From IMG/VR virus record IMGVR_UViG_3300049144_000147, positions 1 through 35,848 of that record: DNA of 35,848 nucleotides. One strand, given 5' to 3'. A model generated the notes under the pieces. It was not told the origin of the DNA. It did no database searches and was given only the letters and a program-made list of their open reading frames with translations. Positions 1 through 8,651 of the stretch are shown here, piece by piece. Each line of letters opens with the position of its first letter. Position 1 is the first letter of the stretch. This DNA is from a virus. Taxonomy: Duplodnaviria; Caudoviricetes. A program made the position numbers and the translations under genes.

Positions 1-493
1 GGGTGAGACCCCAGATCTTTTCGGAGTCCTCCCGCGTGTCCGTGCCGTTCCCCAGCTTCGACCCGCGCGACAGTTCCTTGACGTCACCGCGCTTACGCGC
101 GTCCGCCCGACGCTGCCGACGCTCCCGCTCCCGCTTGACCAGTTCGGCCCGCTCATCTTCCGACGGGCCGGTAACCGGTTCACCTTCGACCCGGAACGCG
201 ACCAACTGTCCGGCCGATTCCGGGGCAGAGTTCTCCCGCACTTCCGCAGCCGCGTTCAACAGTTCGCGGTGAATCCGGATGCACGACTTGCAGAACTTTT
301 CGCCCGTCGGATTGGTCGACGTTTCGACGTCACGGGAGTTGCCCACGGTTCGCCCGCAAAGCGCACCCATGTCGTACGAACCGAGCATGACCGGAGTTGC
401 CGTCAAAACGTGCCACGCGTTAGAGCCCTTGCGCACACTTACGGCCGTGCCGTTTTCGCGTTCGATGTTTTCCAGCGTGAGCGACGTTGCCAT
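1..493 (-). CDS. Hypothetical protein, 3' end runs off the window (MATSLTLENIERENGTAVSVRKG...), H-C-CxxC putative Zn site
   Basis: Not in the ORF track because it has no stop in the window. ATG at 493 with RBS GAAAGGGG; frame stays open to base 1; WH..LCG..FCKSC motif. Confidence 0.8.
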   Translation of the reverse strand, partial: MATSLTLENIERENGTAVSVRKGSNAWHVLTATPVMLGSYDMGALCGRTVGNSRDVETSTNPTGEKFCKSCIRIHRELLNAAAEVRENSAPESAGQLVAFRVEGEPVTGPSEDERAELVKRERERRQRRADARKRGDVKELSRGSKLGNGTDTREDSEKIWGLT

Positions 494-547
494 TTCTTCC
501 CCTTTCGCGCGGTGCGCCTTTACGCACCGTCCGTCCGAATCGAACCG

Positions 548-721
548 TTACCGCTTGACGTACCGAACGTCACGGCCGAATGCGAGCGCTTCAACCCATG
601 CGACGGTTTGGGCATACGAACCCTTCCCGTCCGTCCGGAACACTCGCCGACCGTTGCGGAATTCGACGGTCCCGTTTTCCCGGACCGTGACCGTTCCGCC
701 ATTCGCGAGACTGACAACCAT
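548..721 (-). CDS. Hypothetical protein, 57 aa (MVVSLANGGTVTVRENG...)
   Basis: ATG at 721 with the same GAAAGGGG RBS as the downstream gene. Confidence 0.75.
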   Translation of the reverse strand: MVVSLANGGTVTVRENGTVEFRNGRRVFRTDGKGSYAQTVAWVEALAFGRDVRYVKR

Positions 722-759
722 CCCGCATCCCCTTTCCGAAACCCGCATGACACGGGGCC

Positions 760-1640
760 GAATAGGCGCACTACGCCCGTAACAAATGGCACGGCTCTAG
801 ACCGATGTTTGCCGGACACGTATCGCCTATCAGCCTCACATCACGTGAGTAACAAGCGACCCCGGGGCGAACCGTGTGACTGTCTGTCCGCGCGTTTCCG
901 AAGAAACGACCGTCCGCGCGTCACTTAGCAGCGCTCACCCCGGGGGCAAAGCAACCGGCCCCCTTTGCAGGGGGCCGGACACGGGCCGCTAACGCGTTAC
1001 CCATGTGTCGCCGGGCGCAGGCTCTCACCCCTGCGTGATCCGGCCGGACCGTACGACCACCGCCCCCACGTACGCCCACATGGGAAGGGTCGCGATAATC
1101 GAGTGTCGTCCTCACACTCGCGCATCGGTTACCGGTAGGGGGCAATTCGATTTCGTCGCGCCCGCACCAATCGCCACGGTTCAACTCACTCCCGCATTTC
1201 CCACGTGTGCAGCTAGGTTCATCCGGATGTGCAGCGCGTCTTAATCCACGCTTCACGTTCACCTAGCGAGTGACAGGTACTCCGCGAAAGGTCACCGGGC
1301 AGTGCGGGGGTTATCGCTCATCTGAACGCAACTCCGCTCTACCGGCCGCGTCTATTCAAGGCTGACGCTTTTTCAATCGGTCGCATACGCAACCCCCAAG
1401 CCCTTTCCGCTTCCCCCGCGTCTCACGACGTGTTCGGGTTGGCATGTAGTTGTCTGGGAATGCCACACCGGATACGACCGATGCAACCGGCCGTAACTCC
1501 CGTGCCCCCACATTGCCCACAACCACCGTCGCCCGTTTCCGGTGCGGTGTCCGTGTGCGGCGTGGCGCCTATTCCACGGGTCGCCCCGGGTTAGAACCGG
1601 GTGGCGCCCCCCGTGTTGGCGGGGCGTCGTGGCGACACCC
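760..1640 (-). ncRNA. Candidate large structured non-coding RNA or very long 5' leader (~0.9 kb)
   Basis: No credible CDS. Many nested helices; minus-strand C(UUCG)G, GCAA, GAGA and GUGA tetraloops; promoter-like element just upstream. Confidence 0.6.
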
Positions 1641-1643
1641 AGA

Positions 1644-1672
1644 ACATTGCCAGAGATGGCTGCCATTACGAA
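1644..1672 (-). promoter_or_regulatory. Putative leftward promoter TTCGTA-N17-CAATGT (extended TGn)
   Basis: Spacing fits a sigma70/HrdB-type promoter; the start would fall at ~1636-1640, at the first helix of the structured region. Confidence 0.4.
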
Positions 1673-1713
1673 TGTGAACGATCGAGCAAAGAAGCTCCCA
1701 GACTTCAAAAGCC

Positions 1714-2479
1714 CAGGTCAGAGCGGTGGTTGAAATCTGTACGACACAGAGTCAGTCTCACGAGGTAACACCGGATCATGCCTCTGACCTGCGAAGATGA
1801 GAAGTTATGTCACGAACGGATAACGACCGCTCGTAACTCTTGGACCTGCGACGATGCGGGAGACTTTCTTGTTTGTGCAGGTCAGAGGGGGTCCCAGAAT
1901 CCAGGAACTGAGCAGGGAAACGGACATTACGTGACAGACAAGCGTCTATGTTTGCGGCTGCTGGGGGGTCGGCAAAGTTCGTGAGCGCTACACATACCAC
2001 TGAGAATGTGAGCCAGGTCACACGACAGAACATGTGATAGGTGAGCGAAACGGACATGGTCGGGGAGGGTTCCGCGCGCGACAAAGGGAGTCGTCCCGCT
2101 CTTCAAAAACAGTGTCTGACCAGGAACAACAACAAGTAGATACGCGTATGTCCGGTTTAGTAGTTTTGTGTGTGTCTAGGTAGGAAAGATCGAGAGAGTG
2201 GATTAAAGCCCTTTAGTTACGCATGGGATGTGATCAGCCAGTATTTCTCTCGCTCGAAACCTGTACCGGAGACGACGAAAGCGCAGGTCAAAGGGCATGT
2301 CCCGAATGTCGGAATCAGCGCTGATCATGCCTCTGAGCTGCGGGAATGCGACGTGAGGGCATAGGCGCAGCGAAAGACTTGTGAGACAAACTGTCAGCAA
2401 CGACCGGATTGCAAACATCGCAGGTCAGAGGGGGTGCGGCATATGCCAAGAGGCATGATGATCATGCGTCTGACCTGGG
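1714..2479. repeat. Cluster of ~10 (CG)CAGGTCAGAG / CTCTGACCTG(CG) motifs in both orientations
   Basis: Copies at 1714, 1782, 1843, 1877, 2014, 2115, 2282, 2331, 2419, 2469; near-identical 20-mers at 1774-1793, 2323-2342, 2460-2479. Confidence 0.75.
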
Positions 2480-2869
2480 GTTTTGCCAGCCCTACGCGCG
2501 CGCGTACGCGCTCCCTGTCCTCCCGAACGGCAGGGACATACGCCCCGGGGGTATCTGAAAGATCTTGAAAGTGTGTGGTTTGAAGCATGGGAGGAAAGGG
2601 GAGGCTAGTTGGTTTGGCCTGATCAGGGGCGCAGTGATCGGGCCGGACACGTGACAAGACGAGACGTGTCGACTCGTGATCATGACTGTCTGTCTGACAT
2701 TGACATGACCATGACGCGCGACGTGTCGGCAACGACGTGAACGGGACAACGGGACATGCGCCACGACGTGCGCCCCGGTTGCTGGCACGCACGCCGGTTG
2801 TCTCGTCTCTCGTCTGTCTGCCTTTGACTGCCCTACGCGCCACGCCCCGGAGTGTCGACACAAGGGAAC

Positions 2870-3430
2870 GTGAGGGAATGCGCGCGCCATGCGCTTAGAC
2901 AGGAATGCAAGGGAACGGGGCGCAGCAAAAGGCATGACATGCGGGGTGCGCCATTCTCGGATATCTCGATTCCTGGTTTTCGATTCTCGTTTCTTTCATT
3001 CCTTGTCATCCAACATGCCTAGTCAGGAAGGGAAAGACATTGAATGGAAGGCAAGGGGGAGGCAGGAAAGAAAAGAACGAAACGGCAGATCAGATACGGG
3101 ATATGTGTCTCACGTTCTTACGCCTAAGCCACAAGGAAAGGCAGGGAAGAACAACAGAACAGAATGGAATGGAAGGCGGGGAATCGAGCGGGAATGGAAG
3201 GCATGCAATGCCTAGCTATATCCACACCAATGCATGCCATATGTACATGCCTATATCTCACGTTGATATGCAATGAATACACAAAGCAATGAGTGATGAA
3301 TAGGAAGGGAATGCAAGGCAGGAGGGAAGGGAAGCAAGCGGGAGAAAAAATTCGGGGGGAGGGGGGAGAAATTCTCGACGATAGTTGTCCTATGCAGAAA
3401 ACCAAATTCGGAATTGAATTCAAAAATGGG
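2870..3430 (+). other. Purine-skewed low-complexity tract (GGAATG/GCAAGG/GGAAGG) ending in a G6-A-G6 run and an AT-rich segment; possible genome end or packaging region
   Basis: Composition is directly visible; ORFs across it have non-protein-like translations. Confidence 0.4.
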
Positions 3431-3500
3431 GCCCGGGTTGAGGTCGCGTGTCCGTCTACGCGTGGGCCCCGTGGGCTCCGTCCACAGATACAATCGGAGC

Positions 3501-3719
3501 ATGCGCTGCGTGGGGATTCGGTTCGTCGGGGGTCCGGCCGACGGCAAGGAGTTCGTCATACCCGGGGACCCGATGGATCCGCCGGAAACCTGCGAGGTCT
3601 TTCATCCGGGCCCTTCGGGGATCTTGCGTATCAGCTACCGGCGCGAAGTGAATCCGGAAGACGAAGGACCGTTGTGGCTCTACCGCCATGCAGAGGGGGA
3701 CGAATGCGGGAGCGAGTGA
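3501..3719 (+). CDS. Hypothetical protein (FVGGPADG motif)
   Basis: TACAAT 6 nt before the ATG (leaderless-like); overlaps the next gene. Confidence 0.7.
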   Translation: MRCVGIRFVGGPADGKEFVIPGDPMDPPETCEVFHPGPSGILRISYRREVNPEDEGPLWLYRHAEGDECGSE

Positions 3720-3853
3720 AGGCCGAGCTGGAATACCTTCTCTGGAAGATCGGCTGGAAGGACTACTGCCTCCCCTGTGACGAGGTCTTCTCGGGTGTGT
3801 CCGGGCGTCGCCGCCACAAGAGCTGCGGTCGCCTCACTCTGTGGCACGTCTGA
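3704..3853 (+). CDS. Small CxxC...HxxC protein, 49 aa
   Basis: RBS GAGGGGG before ATG 3704. Confidence 0.65.
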   Translation: MRERVKAELEYLLWKIGWKDYCLPCDEVFSGVSGRRRHKSCGRLTLWHV

Positions 3854-3925
3854 AAACCCTCCGGATGATCCGGGTCTTGAAATCGAGTCGGTGAAAAATT
3901 CCGCCGCCCTCCCCACGTGTGGACT

Positions 3926-3935
3926 GGCCTAGGCC
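3926..3935. promoter_or_regulatory. GGCCTAGGCC palindromic operator-like site in the spacer of GTGGAC-N15-TAAGGT
   Basis: Perfect palindrome repeated at other intergenic promoter regions. Confidence 0.65.
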
Positions 3936-3967
3936 ATGCTAAGGTGAGAGGAGGAAAGAGGAAACTG

Positions 3968-4183
3968 ATGACCGACGAGAAGAAGAAGACGACGACCAGC
4001 ATCATCCGGGCCGGGTCTCTGATCCGCCGGAACCTCCGCACCCAGCTCGCCGTCCTGGAGGCCGAGGGACACCTGACCTTCACCGAGGACAAGGGTGTGC
4101 TGGACTCGCAGTTCATCGTGACCGCGTCGCCCGAGGTCTGGAGCCGCCTCAAGAGGGGCATCGCCCGCTTCAATGCCCGCTGA
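3968..4183 (+). CDS. Hypothetical protein, 71 aa
   Basis: Strong RBS GAGGAGG/GAGG; GC3-rich codons. Confidence 0.85.
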   Translation: MTDEKKKTTTSIIRAGSLIRRNLRTQLAVLEAEGHLTFTEDKGVLDSQFIVTASPEVWSRLKRGIARFNAR

Positions 4184-4192
4184 CAGGCGAAC

Positions 4193-4227
4193 GCCCGGGG
4201 CCGGGTGTGTCCGTACCCGTCCCGGGC
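4193..4227. terminator. GC-rich hairpin between convergent genes
   Basis: GCCCGGG..CGGGT / ACCCG..CCCGGGC. Confidence 0.55.
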
Positions 4228-4243
4228 GCTGCTCCTGGGAAGC

Positions 4244-4645
4244 CTAACTCTCCGGCGGGGACGGCTTCCGCATCCTGCGCTCCACCTCGTTCCCCCGGTC
4301 GGCCAGAAGGTCGGACAGGTCCGAGGACTCCATCTTGGGCGGGAACGCCGCGTGGATGTCGAGTGAACCGTTGTCGATGAGCCGCAGAGCCCGGACGTCC
4401 GCGCGGTCGTACGCCCCGGCGCCGTCCCTCATCACGAGCAGGACCATCTCGCGCGCGTCACAGAACTGGTTGTCGCAGTACAGCTCCATGCGGCCGGAGT
4501 CCTTCGGCCGGTCGGAGGCCGAGCGCTTGAGGGTCTGCGCGCCGCAGAACATGCACTGCACCGGGTCGGACTCCGGACCGTAAGTGGTGCGGGACTGGTG
4601 GCGGCGCAGCCACGGCTCGCCCCCCGCTTCCCATTCTTCAGACAT
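4244..4645 (-). CDS. Zn-ribbon-like protein (CxxC...CxxxxC)
   Basis: ORF track; TACCCT 7 nt before the ATG. Confidence 0.8.
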   Translation of the reverse strand: MSEEWEAGGEPWLRRHQSRTTYGPESDPVQCMFCGAQTLKRSASDRPKDSGRMELYCDNQFCDAREMVLLVMRDGAGAYDRADVRALRLIDNGSLDIHAAFPPKMESSDLSDLLADRGNEVERRMRKPSPPES

Positions 4646-4713
4646 GGGTCGAAGGGTACCTGCTCGTCTTTCTCAACTGCGCCTGCCCATTGAGCTGTTG
4701 CACTGATAGACTC

Positions 4714-4723
4714 GGCCTAGGCC
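4714..4723. promoter_or_regulatory. GGCCTAGGCC site directly after TGA-TAGACT -10 element
   Basis: Perfect palindrome overlapping the predicted transcription start. Confidence 0.65.
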
Positions 4724-4748
4724 AAACCACCGAACCCAGCGAGGGAAC

Positions 4749-5150
4749 ATGACCCAGACCCTGTACGGTCTCGACGACATCCTGTCCATCACGACCGGCC
4801 GCCTCCTGTCCCGTCGCCACGTGGAGGGCCTGTACGACATCCTCAACTACATGACCGGTGACAACCTCATGACCCACCAGCTCCCCCGAGCTGCCACCGT
4901 CTGCGGCCCGGCCCTCCTCGACCAGCACCCGCAGCTCCGCGACGTGGCGCCGCCGGAGGGCGACAGCATCACGCAGGAGGAGCTGTTCGCGTGGCTCGAC
5001 CGAGCCGAGGAGGAGTACGGCAAGACGCTGCCCGTGCAGCCTGTCGCCTCGGACGTGTGGGAGAGCCGCAACCCGATCGAGGAGCTGATCGACATGGTCG
5101 GCCCCAAGAAGGTCGCCGTCGTGGTGACGCCCGACGAGGGCAAGTCGTGA
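4749..5150 (+). CDS. Phage hypothetical protein (ILSITTGRL...MTHQLPRA)
   Basis: RBS GAGGG; GC3 bias. Confidence 0.85.
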   Translation: MTQTLYGLDDILSITTGRLLSRRHVEGLYDILNYMTGDNLMTHQLPRAATVCGPALLDQHPQLRDVAPPEGDSITQEELFAWLDRAEEEYGKTLPVQPVASDVWESRNPIEELIDMVGPKKVAVVVTPDEGKS

Positions 5151-5479
5151 CCTCGCAGAAGTCGACCCATCCGGCGCCCGTCGGGAAGGACGCTGCCGAC
5201 CGGATCGCCGGATGGCGGGACGCCGCGAAGCTCCTCGACCGGCGGGCCAGCGGAATCGACGCCCTGTCCAGCTCGGACTTCGGCGAGGAGGCGTACGCCG
5301 TCCGGGAGCTGGCCGCCGCTGCCAACGAACTGCGGCACATGGCCGACGAGGTGGAGTCCGGCGGAGACCACAAGCCGATCTGGGTGACCGCGCTCGAAGG
5401 AAACGACGAGCCCGCCCTGGACGAGAACGGCCGCACGTACCAGCACTGCGGTATCTGCGGAACGAAGAAGCTCTCGTAG
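5147..5479 (+). CDS. Hypothetical protein with C-terminal CxxC
   Basis: GTGA overlap with upstream stop. Confidence 0.8.
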   Translation: MTSQKSTHPAPVGKDAADRIAGWRDAAKLLDRRASGIDALSSSDFGEEAYAVRELAAAANELRHMADEVESGGDHKPIWVTALEGNDEPALDENGRTYQHCGICGTKKLS

Positions 5480-5492
5480 CACCACCACCCAG

Positions 5493-5542
5493 GCCCCGTA
5501 CTGTCCGTGCCCCTCTCTCGGGAGGCTCGGCAGTGCGGGGCT
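5493..5542. terminator. Long hairpin between convergent genes
   Basis: GCCCCGTACTG / CAGTGCGGGGC arms. Confidence 0.6.
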
Positions 5543-5550
5543 TCGGCGCG

Positions 5551-5769
5551 TCAGTCCGTCGTCACCTCGACCTTGACGACCTCCAGCTCCACCTCGGTCT
5601 CCTCGTCCTGGTCCTCCACGTTCGGGTCGACGAAGTACGCCTTCATGCCCTCCAGCTCCTCGAAGGCCCAGGTCTCCATTTCGTCCATGCTCTCCGGGGT
5701 GTCTCCGTCGGTCTGCTTCAGCTTGAAGGTGACCGTCATCGTGCCGGTGAGCTTCTTGCGCTTCGCCAT
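5551..5769 (-). CDS. Acidic hypothetical protein, 72 aa
   Basis: RBS GAGGAG before ATG 5769. Confidence 0.8.
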   Translation of the reverse strand: MAKRKKLTGTMTVTFKLKQTDGDTPESMDEMETWAFEELEGMKAYFVDPNVEDQDEETEVELEVVKVEVTTD

Positions 5770-6045
5770 CTCGGGCTCCTCAACTCGCGTGATTGCAAGG
5801 AGGGTTGGCCAACCCGGTAAGACCACCCTAGGACAGGGAAGACCCTGGTCAAAGCGGGTGCCGAGCAAACCGAGGATGCTCGGGAGTCCCGGTTTTGAGT
5901 CCGTTCGGGGAATGTGGGGCCCGAAGCGGTATGAGGATGGTCCTCAAGGTGGGAGAAGAAGGGTTCGGAGGGCTGAAATGGGCCCGAAGGCTCGCCCGCA
6001 CTTGATAGGTAACGACTAGATAACACCTCGCGAAGGGTTCATCTC

Positions 6046-6267
6046 GTGTCCGCACCCGCCCAGACCATGACCGTCAATCAGGTCATGCACGCCCTCGACA
6101 ACTCGACGCCCTACCCCGTGGAGCTGACCTCGGACGTCCTGCGGTACATGGCCGAGCGCATGCTGGAGATGACCGAGATGCGCAAGAAGGCCGGTCACGA
6201 GGTGTGGCAGGAGGATGAGACGGGCGGCCCGGTCGGCGTCGGACCGGAGCCCACACCGCTCTGGTAA
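6046..6267 (+). CDS. Hypothetical protein
   Basis: ORF track; GC3 bias. Confidence 0.75.
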   Translation: MSAPAQTMTVNQVMHALDNSTPYPVELTSDVLRYMAERMLEMTEMRKKAGHEVWQEDETGGPVGVGPEPTPLW

Positions 6268-6431
6268 TCGGACCTCCGGCCCTCTGTCATCCTTGAGGTC
6301 TGCGGGATCCCATGTGCTCGATCGGGAGCACCCAGGGGATCCCGCTCTCGCAGGCCCCCGGTTTCCCCGGGGGTTTCTGCGCTCCTGGATCTGTCCGTGC
6401 CTTGTCGGCATCCCGGGCCATACTTCTGCAC

Positions 6432-6947
6432 ATGGGACGCATCAAGCAGAGCCGGGGCCGCCGCGACAGCCGGGAACCCGAAGGTCTCCACTGGACTCCG
6501 ATCCAGCAGGCGTGTGGCTGTGTTGCCGAGTGGGGATGGGACACGAAGAAGATCACCCCTCCCGCTTTCATGGAGTGGTGCATGGCGATGCTCAACGCGC
6601 CCTGTGTGTGGCACGGCGCCGAGACCGGCATCGAGGTGCCCGCCAACACGAAGGTGGTGTCGCTTCGCTCGCCGATGGGGAACCTGTACACGAAGAAGGC
6701 TGTCGGTGAGCAGCGTCTGGCTCTCGGTGCCGAGTTGACCCGGCAGGCAAAAGACCTGAGCGCGAGGATGAAGCAGGACGACGTCGCGGGGATCCTCCGG
6801 GAGATGCCGCCCAAGTACCGGCGCATCATGCGGGCCAAGGGCTACGACCCCGTCGAGTCCTGGCTGGAGACGAAGATCGCCGACATCTTCCTGAACCACG
6901 GCCGGGTCACGCTGACCGACGAGGTGATCGAGGCCCTGCCGGAATAG
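6432..6947 (+). CDS. Hypothetical protein (CGC...CxxxxxxPCxWH)
   Basis: CATACT 7 nt before ATG 6432. Confidence 0.8.
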   Translation: MGRIKQSRGRRDSREPEGLHWTPIQQACGCVAEWGWDTKKITPPAFMEWCMAMLNAPCVWHGAETGIEVPANTKVVSLRSPMGNLYTKKAVGEQRLALGAELTRQAKDLSARMKQDDVAGILREMPPKYRRIMRAKGYDPVESWLETKIADIFLNHGRVTLTDEVIEALPE

Positions 6948-7006
6948 GGGGTACGTCTGCCCTAGGGTGACGGGGCATCGAGCCGTACCGGAAAGAGAGA
7001 AGAAGC

Positions 7007-7576
7007 GTGTCCATCGACGATCTGCGCCCTGCCGACGACCCTGACTACCAGCGCCTGGTAAAGGTGACGGAGGCCATCGAGAAGGAGATCCAGGAACTCG
7101 GACCGAAACGCGCCCTGGGCAGGCGTTTCGACTACGAGATGACAATGCGGTACAGCATGCGACGTACCGAGGAGACGTCAGAGGGGGTCCGGCTCGGGGG
7201 TCTCGATCCTGACGAGTTGAGTATGCGGCTCGGGGCAACCTGGCCCGAAGGGTTCGCCTTCGGTGCACTGGCCTACACGCAGGAGCATCGCGGCCGGAAG
7301 GCGGAGCCCTTCCTGGATCGCGTCGCGCTGGCCAACATCAAACAGGCCCTCGCCTCGGCTGGCGACGAAGGCCGGTCGGCGATCTTCTCCAGCATCGCCT
7401 CCACGAACGCCCTTGGGTTCGTCAGCAGCATGCGATCGATGAAGGCCCTTCAGGTTCTGCAATCCCTCGCGAGCCGAGGAGATCAGCAGACCGTCAAGGC
7501 TCTCCTCGCCAGTCACTGGCTGGACGGGTTCTTCGTGGGTCTGGTCTTCGAGGAGTTCGGCGGCCACCGACCCTGA
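7007..7576 (+). CDS. Hypothetical protein, 189 aa
   Basis: ORF track; protein-like composition. Confidence 0.8.
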   Translation: MSIDDLRPADDPDYQRLVKVTEAIEKEIQELGPKRALGRRFDYEMTMRYSMRRTEETSEGVRLGGLDPDELSMRLGATWPEGFAFGALAYTQEHRGRKAEPFLDRVALANIKQALASAGDEGRSAIFSSIASTNALGFVSSMRSMKALQVLQSLASRGDQQTVKALLASHWLDGFFVGLVFEEFGGHRP

Positions 7577-7589
7577 CGGAACTCCGTCC

Positions 7590-7889
7590 TCACGTCCACC
7601 AGCGGCGTACGTCGGCTCCACGGAAGCGGACGTACGCCATCATCTCCTCCATCCGCGCCACGTCTTCGTGCGTGCGGCAGGGCCAGGCCCGTTGTAGGAA
7701 CCAGACCTCCCAGTCGTCGAGCTTGCAGCCCTGCATGTGCTCGAACCTGGTGACGACCCGGCACTCACGCGGGTTGTAGCCAGAATCCTTGATGAATAGC
7801 CGGGCGACCTGAACGGTCGGGGCGATCACCATTCTCCGCACCGGAGCGGACCGCACCGCGACTCCTCTGACCTTCTCTCGCGTCCCCAC
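7590..7889 (-). CDS. Hypothetical protein
   Basis: RBS GGAGGG before GTG. Confidence 0.75.
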   Translation of the reverse strand: MGTREKVRGVAVRSAPVRRMVIAPTVQVARLFIKDSGYNPRECRVVTRFEHMQGCKLDDWEVWFLQRAWPCRTHEDVARMEEMMAYVRFRGADVRRWWT

Positions 7890-7999
7890 TTCACCCTCCC
7901 TGTGCGTCCCCTTCGGGCCCAGTCTACCGATCCTGTTCTCCTGCGTAACTGAACTGCTATGCTGTTAAGCAGAACAACCCCTCGGAGACGGAGGTCCGT

Positions 8000-8398
8000 G
8001 TGACCGTTCTGAAGATCGACCTCGACCCGGAAGTCCTCGCCCACCTCAGCAGTGCGGGGGCATCCGACGTCATCAGCATCTCCATCTCACTCGGGGAGAA
8101 GGCCGTCGAACCGGCGCCTGTGAAGACCCGGTTCACCGGCCCACTGGCCGCCCTCATGGAGGTCGGACTGCTGGAGCCGGGAGAGAAGCTGGCCTTCCAT
8201 CAGCCCCGGGCTCGACGCACCGGCCGGGCGAGGGTGCTGTCCAACGGGCAGCTTGCCGTGAACGGCCAGCCCAACGCCTTCTGGTCGCCGTCGAAGGCGG
8301 CCGAGGCCGTCACCGGGAACGTCATCAACGGTTGGACGCTCTGGCGGACCAAGGATGGCGAAGGACCCACCCTCGACGAACTGCGCAACCAGACCTGA
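8000..8398 (+). CDS. Stand-alone RAMA-like (modified-DNA reader) domain protein
   Basis: GLLEPGEKL...G.ARV...G.L.VNG...SPSKAA....G..INGWTLWR...G.TLDELR matches the RAMA pattern from memory. Confidence 0.75.
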   Translation: MTVLKIDLDPEVLAHLSSAGASDVISISISLGEKAVEPAPVKTRFTGPLAALMEVGLLEPGEKLAFHQPRARRTGRARVLSNGQLAVNGQPNAFWSPSKAAEAVTGNVINGWTLWRTKDGEGPTLDELRNQT

Positions 8399-8426
8399 CT
8401 CACTCGCTGGCACGAAAGGACTGCAC

Positions 8427-8651
8427 ATGCTTGCCCAGCTCACCTGGACTCCCGACAACGGGGAATCCGAGACCTTGACCATCGAGATCTCCGAGCAGCG
8501 CTACCGCGAGATGCGTGAACTCATCGGCACGTCCGAGTGGACTTCCAGCGAGGCCGTCATGTGGATTCCCTACCGGACCAACGGCGGTGACCGCTTCACC
8601 GACGGCCTGTTCCGGCTCGCCCGGATCACCGCGCTCGAAGCGCAGAACTGA
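8427..8651 (+). CDS. Hypothetical protein
   Basis: RBS GAAAGGA. Confidence 0.8.
   Translation: MLAQLTWTPDNGESETLTIEISEQRYREMRELIGTSEWTSSEAVMWIPYRTNGGDRFTDGLFRLARITALEAQN

Noticed and set aside
3-928. Plus-strand ORFs 3-272, 269-928, 279-782
   Set aside because: Antisense shadows of the two minus-strand genes, which have clear RBSs and protein-like sequence
760-1640. tRNA, tmRNA, RNase P or group I/II intron identity for the structured region
   Set aside because: No cloverleaf or T-loop consensus, tag peptide, GAGGAAAGUCC or domain V motif recognised by eye
1714-2479. CRISPR array
   Set aside because: Repeats are short, degenerate, irregularly spaced and in both orientations; no cas genes present
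921-3450. Numerous 60-190 aa ORFs in the left intergenic region
   Set aside because: No RBS, no GC3 bias, Arg/Cys/Ser-rich translations; better explained by RNA structure and repeats
5826-6968. CCTAGG cores near 5827 and 6961 as extra operator copies
   Set aside because: Only the 6-8 bp core matches and the GG..CC flanks are missing; left out pending a motif scan
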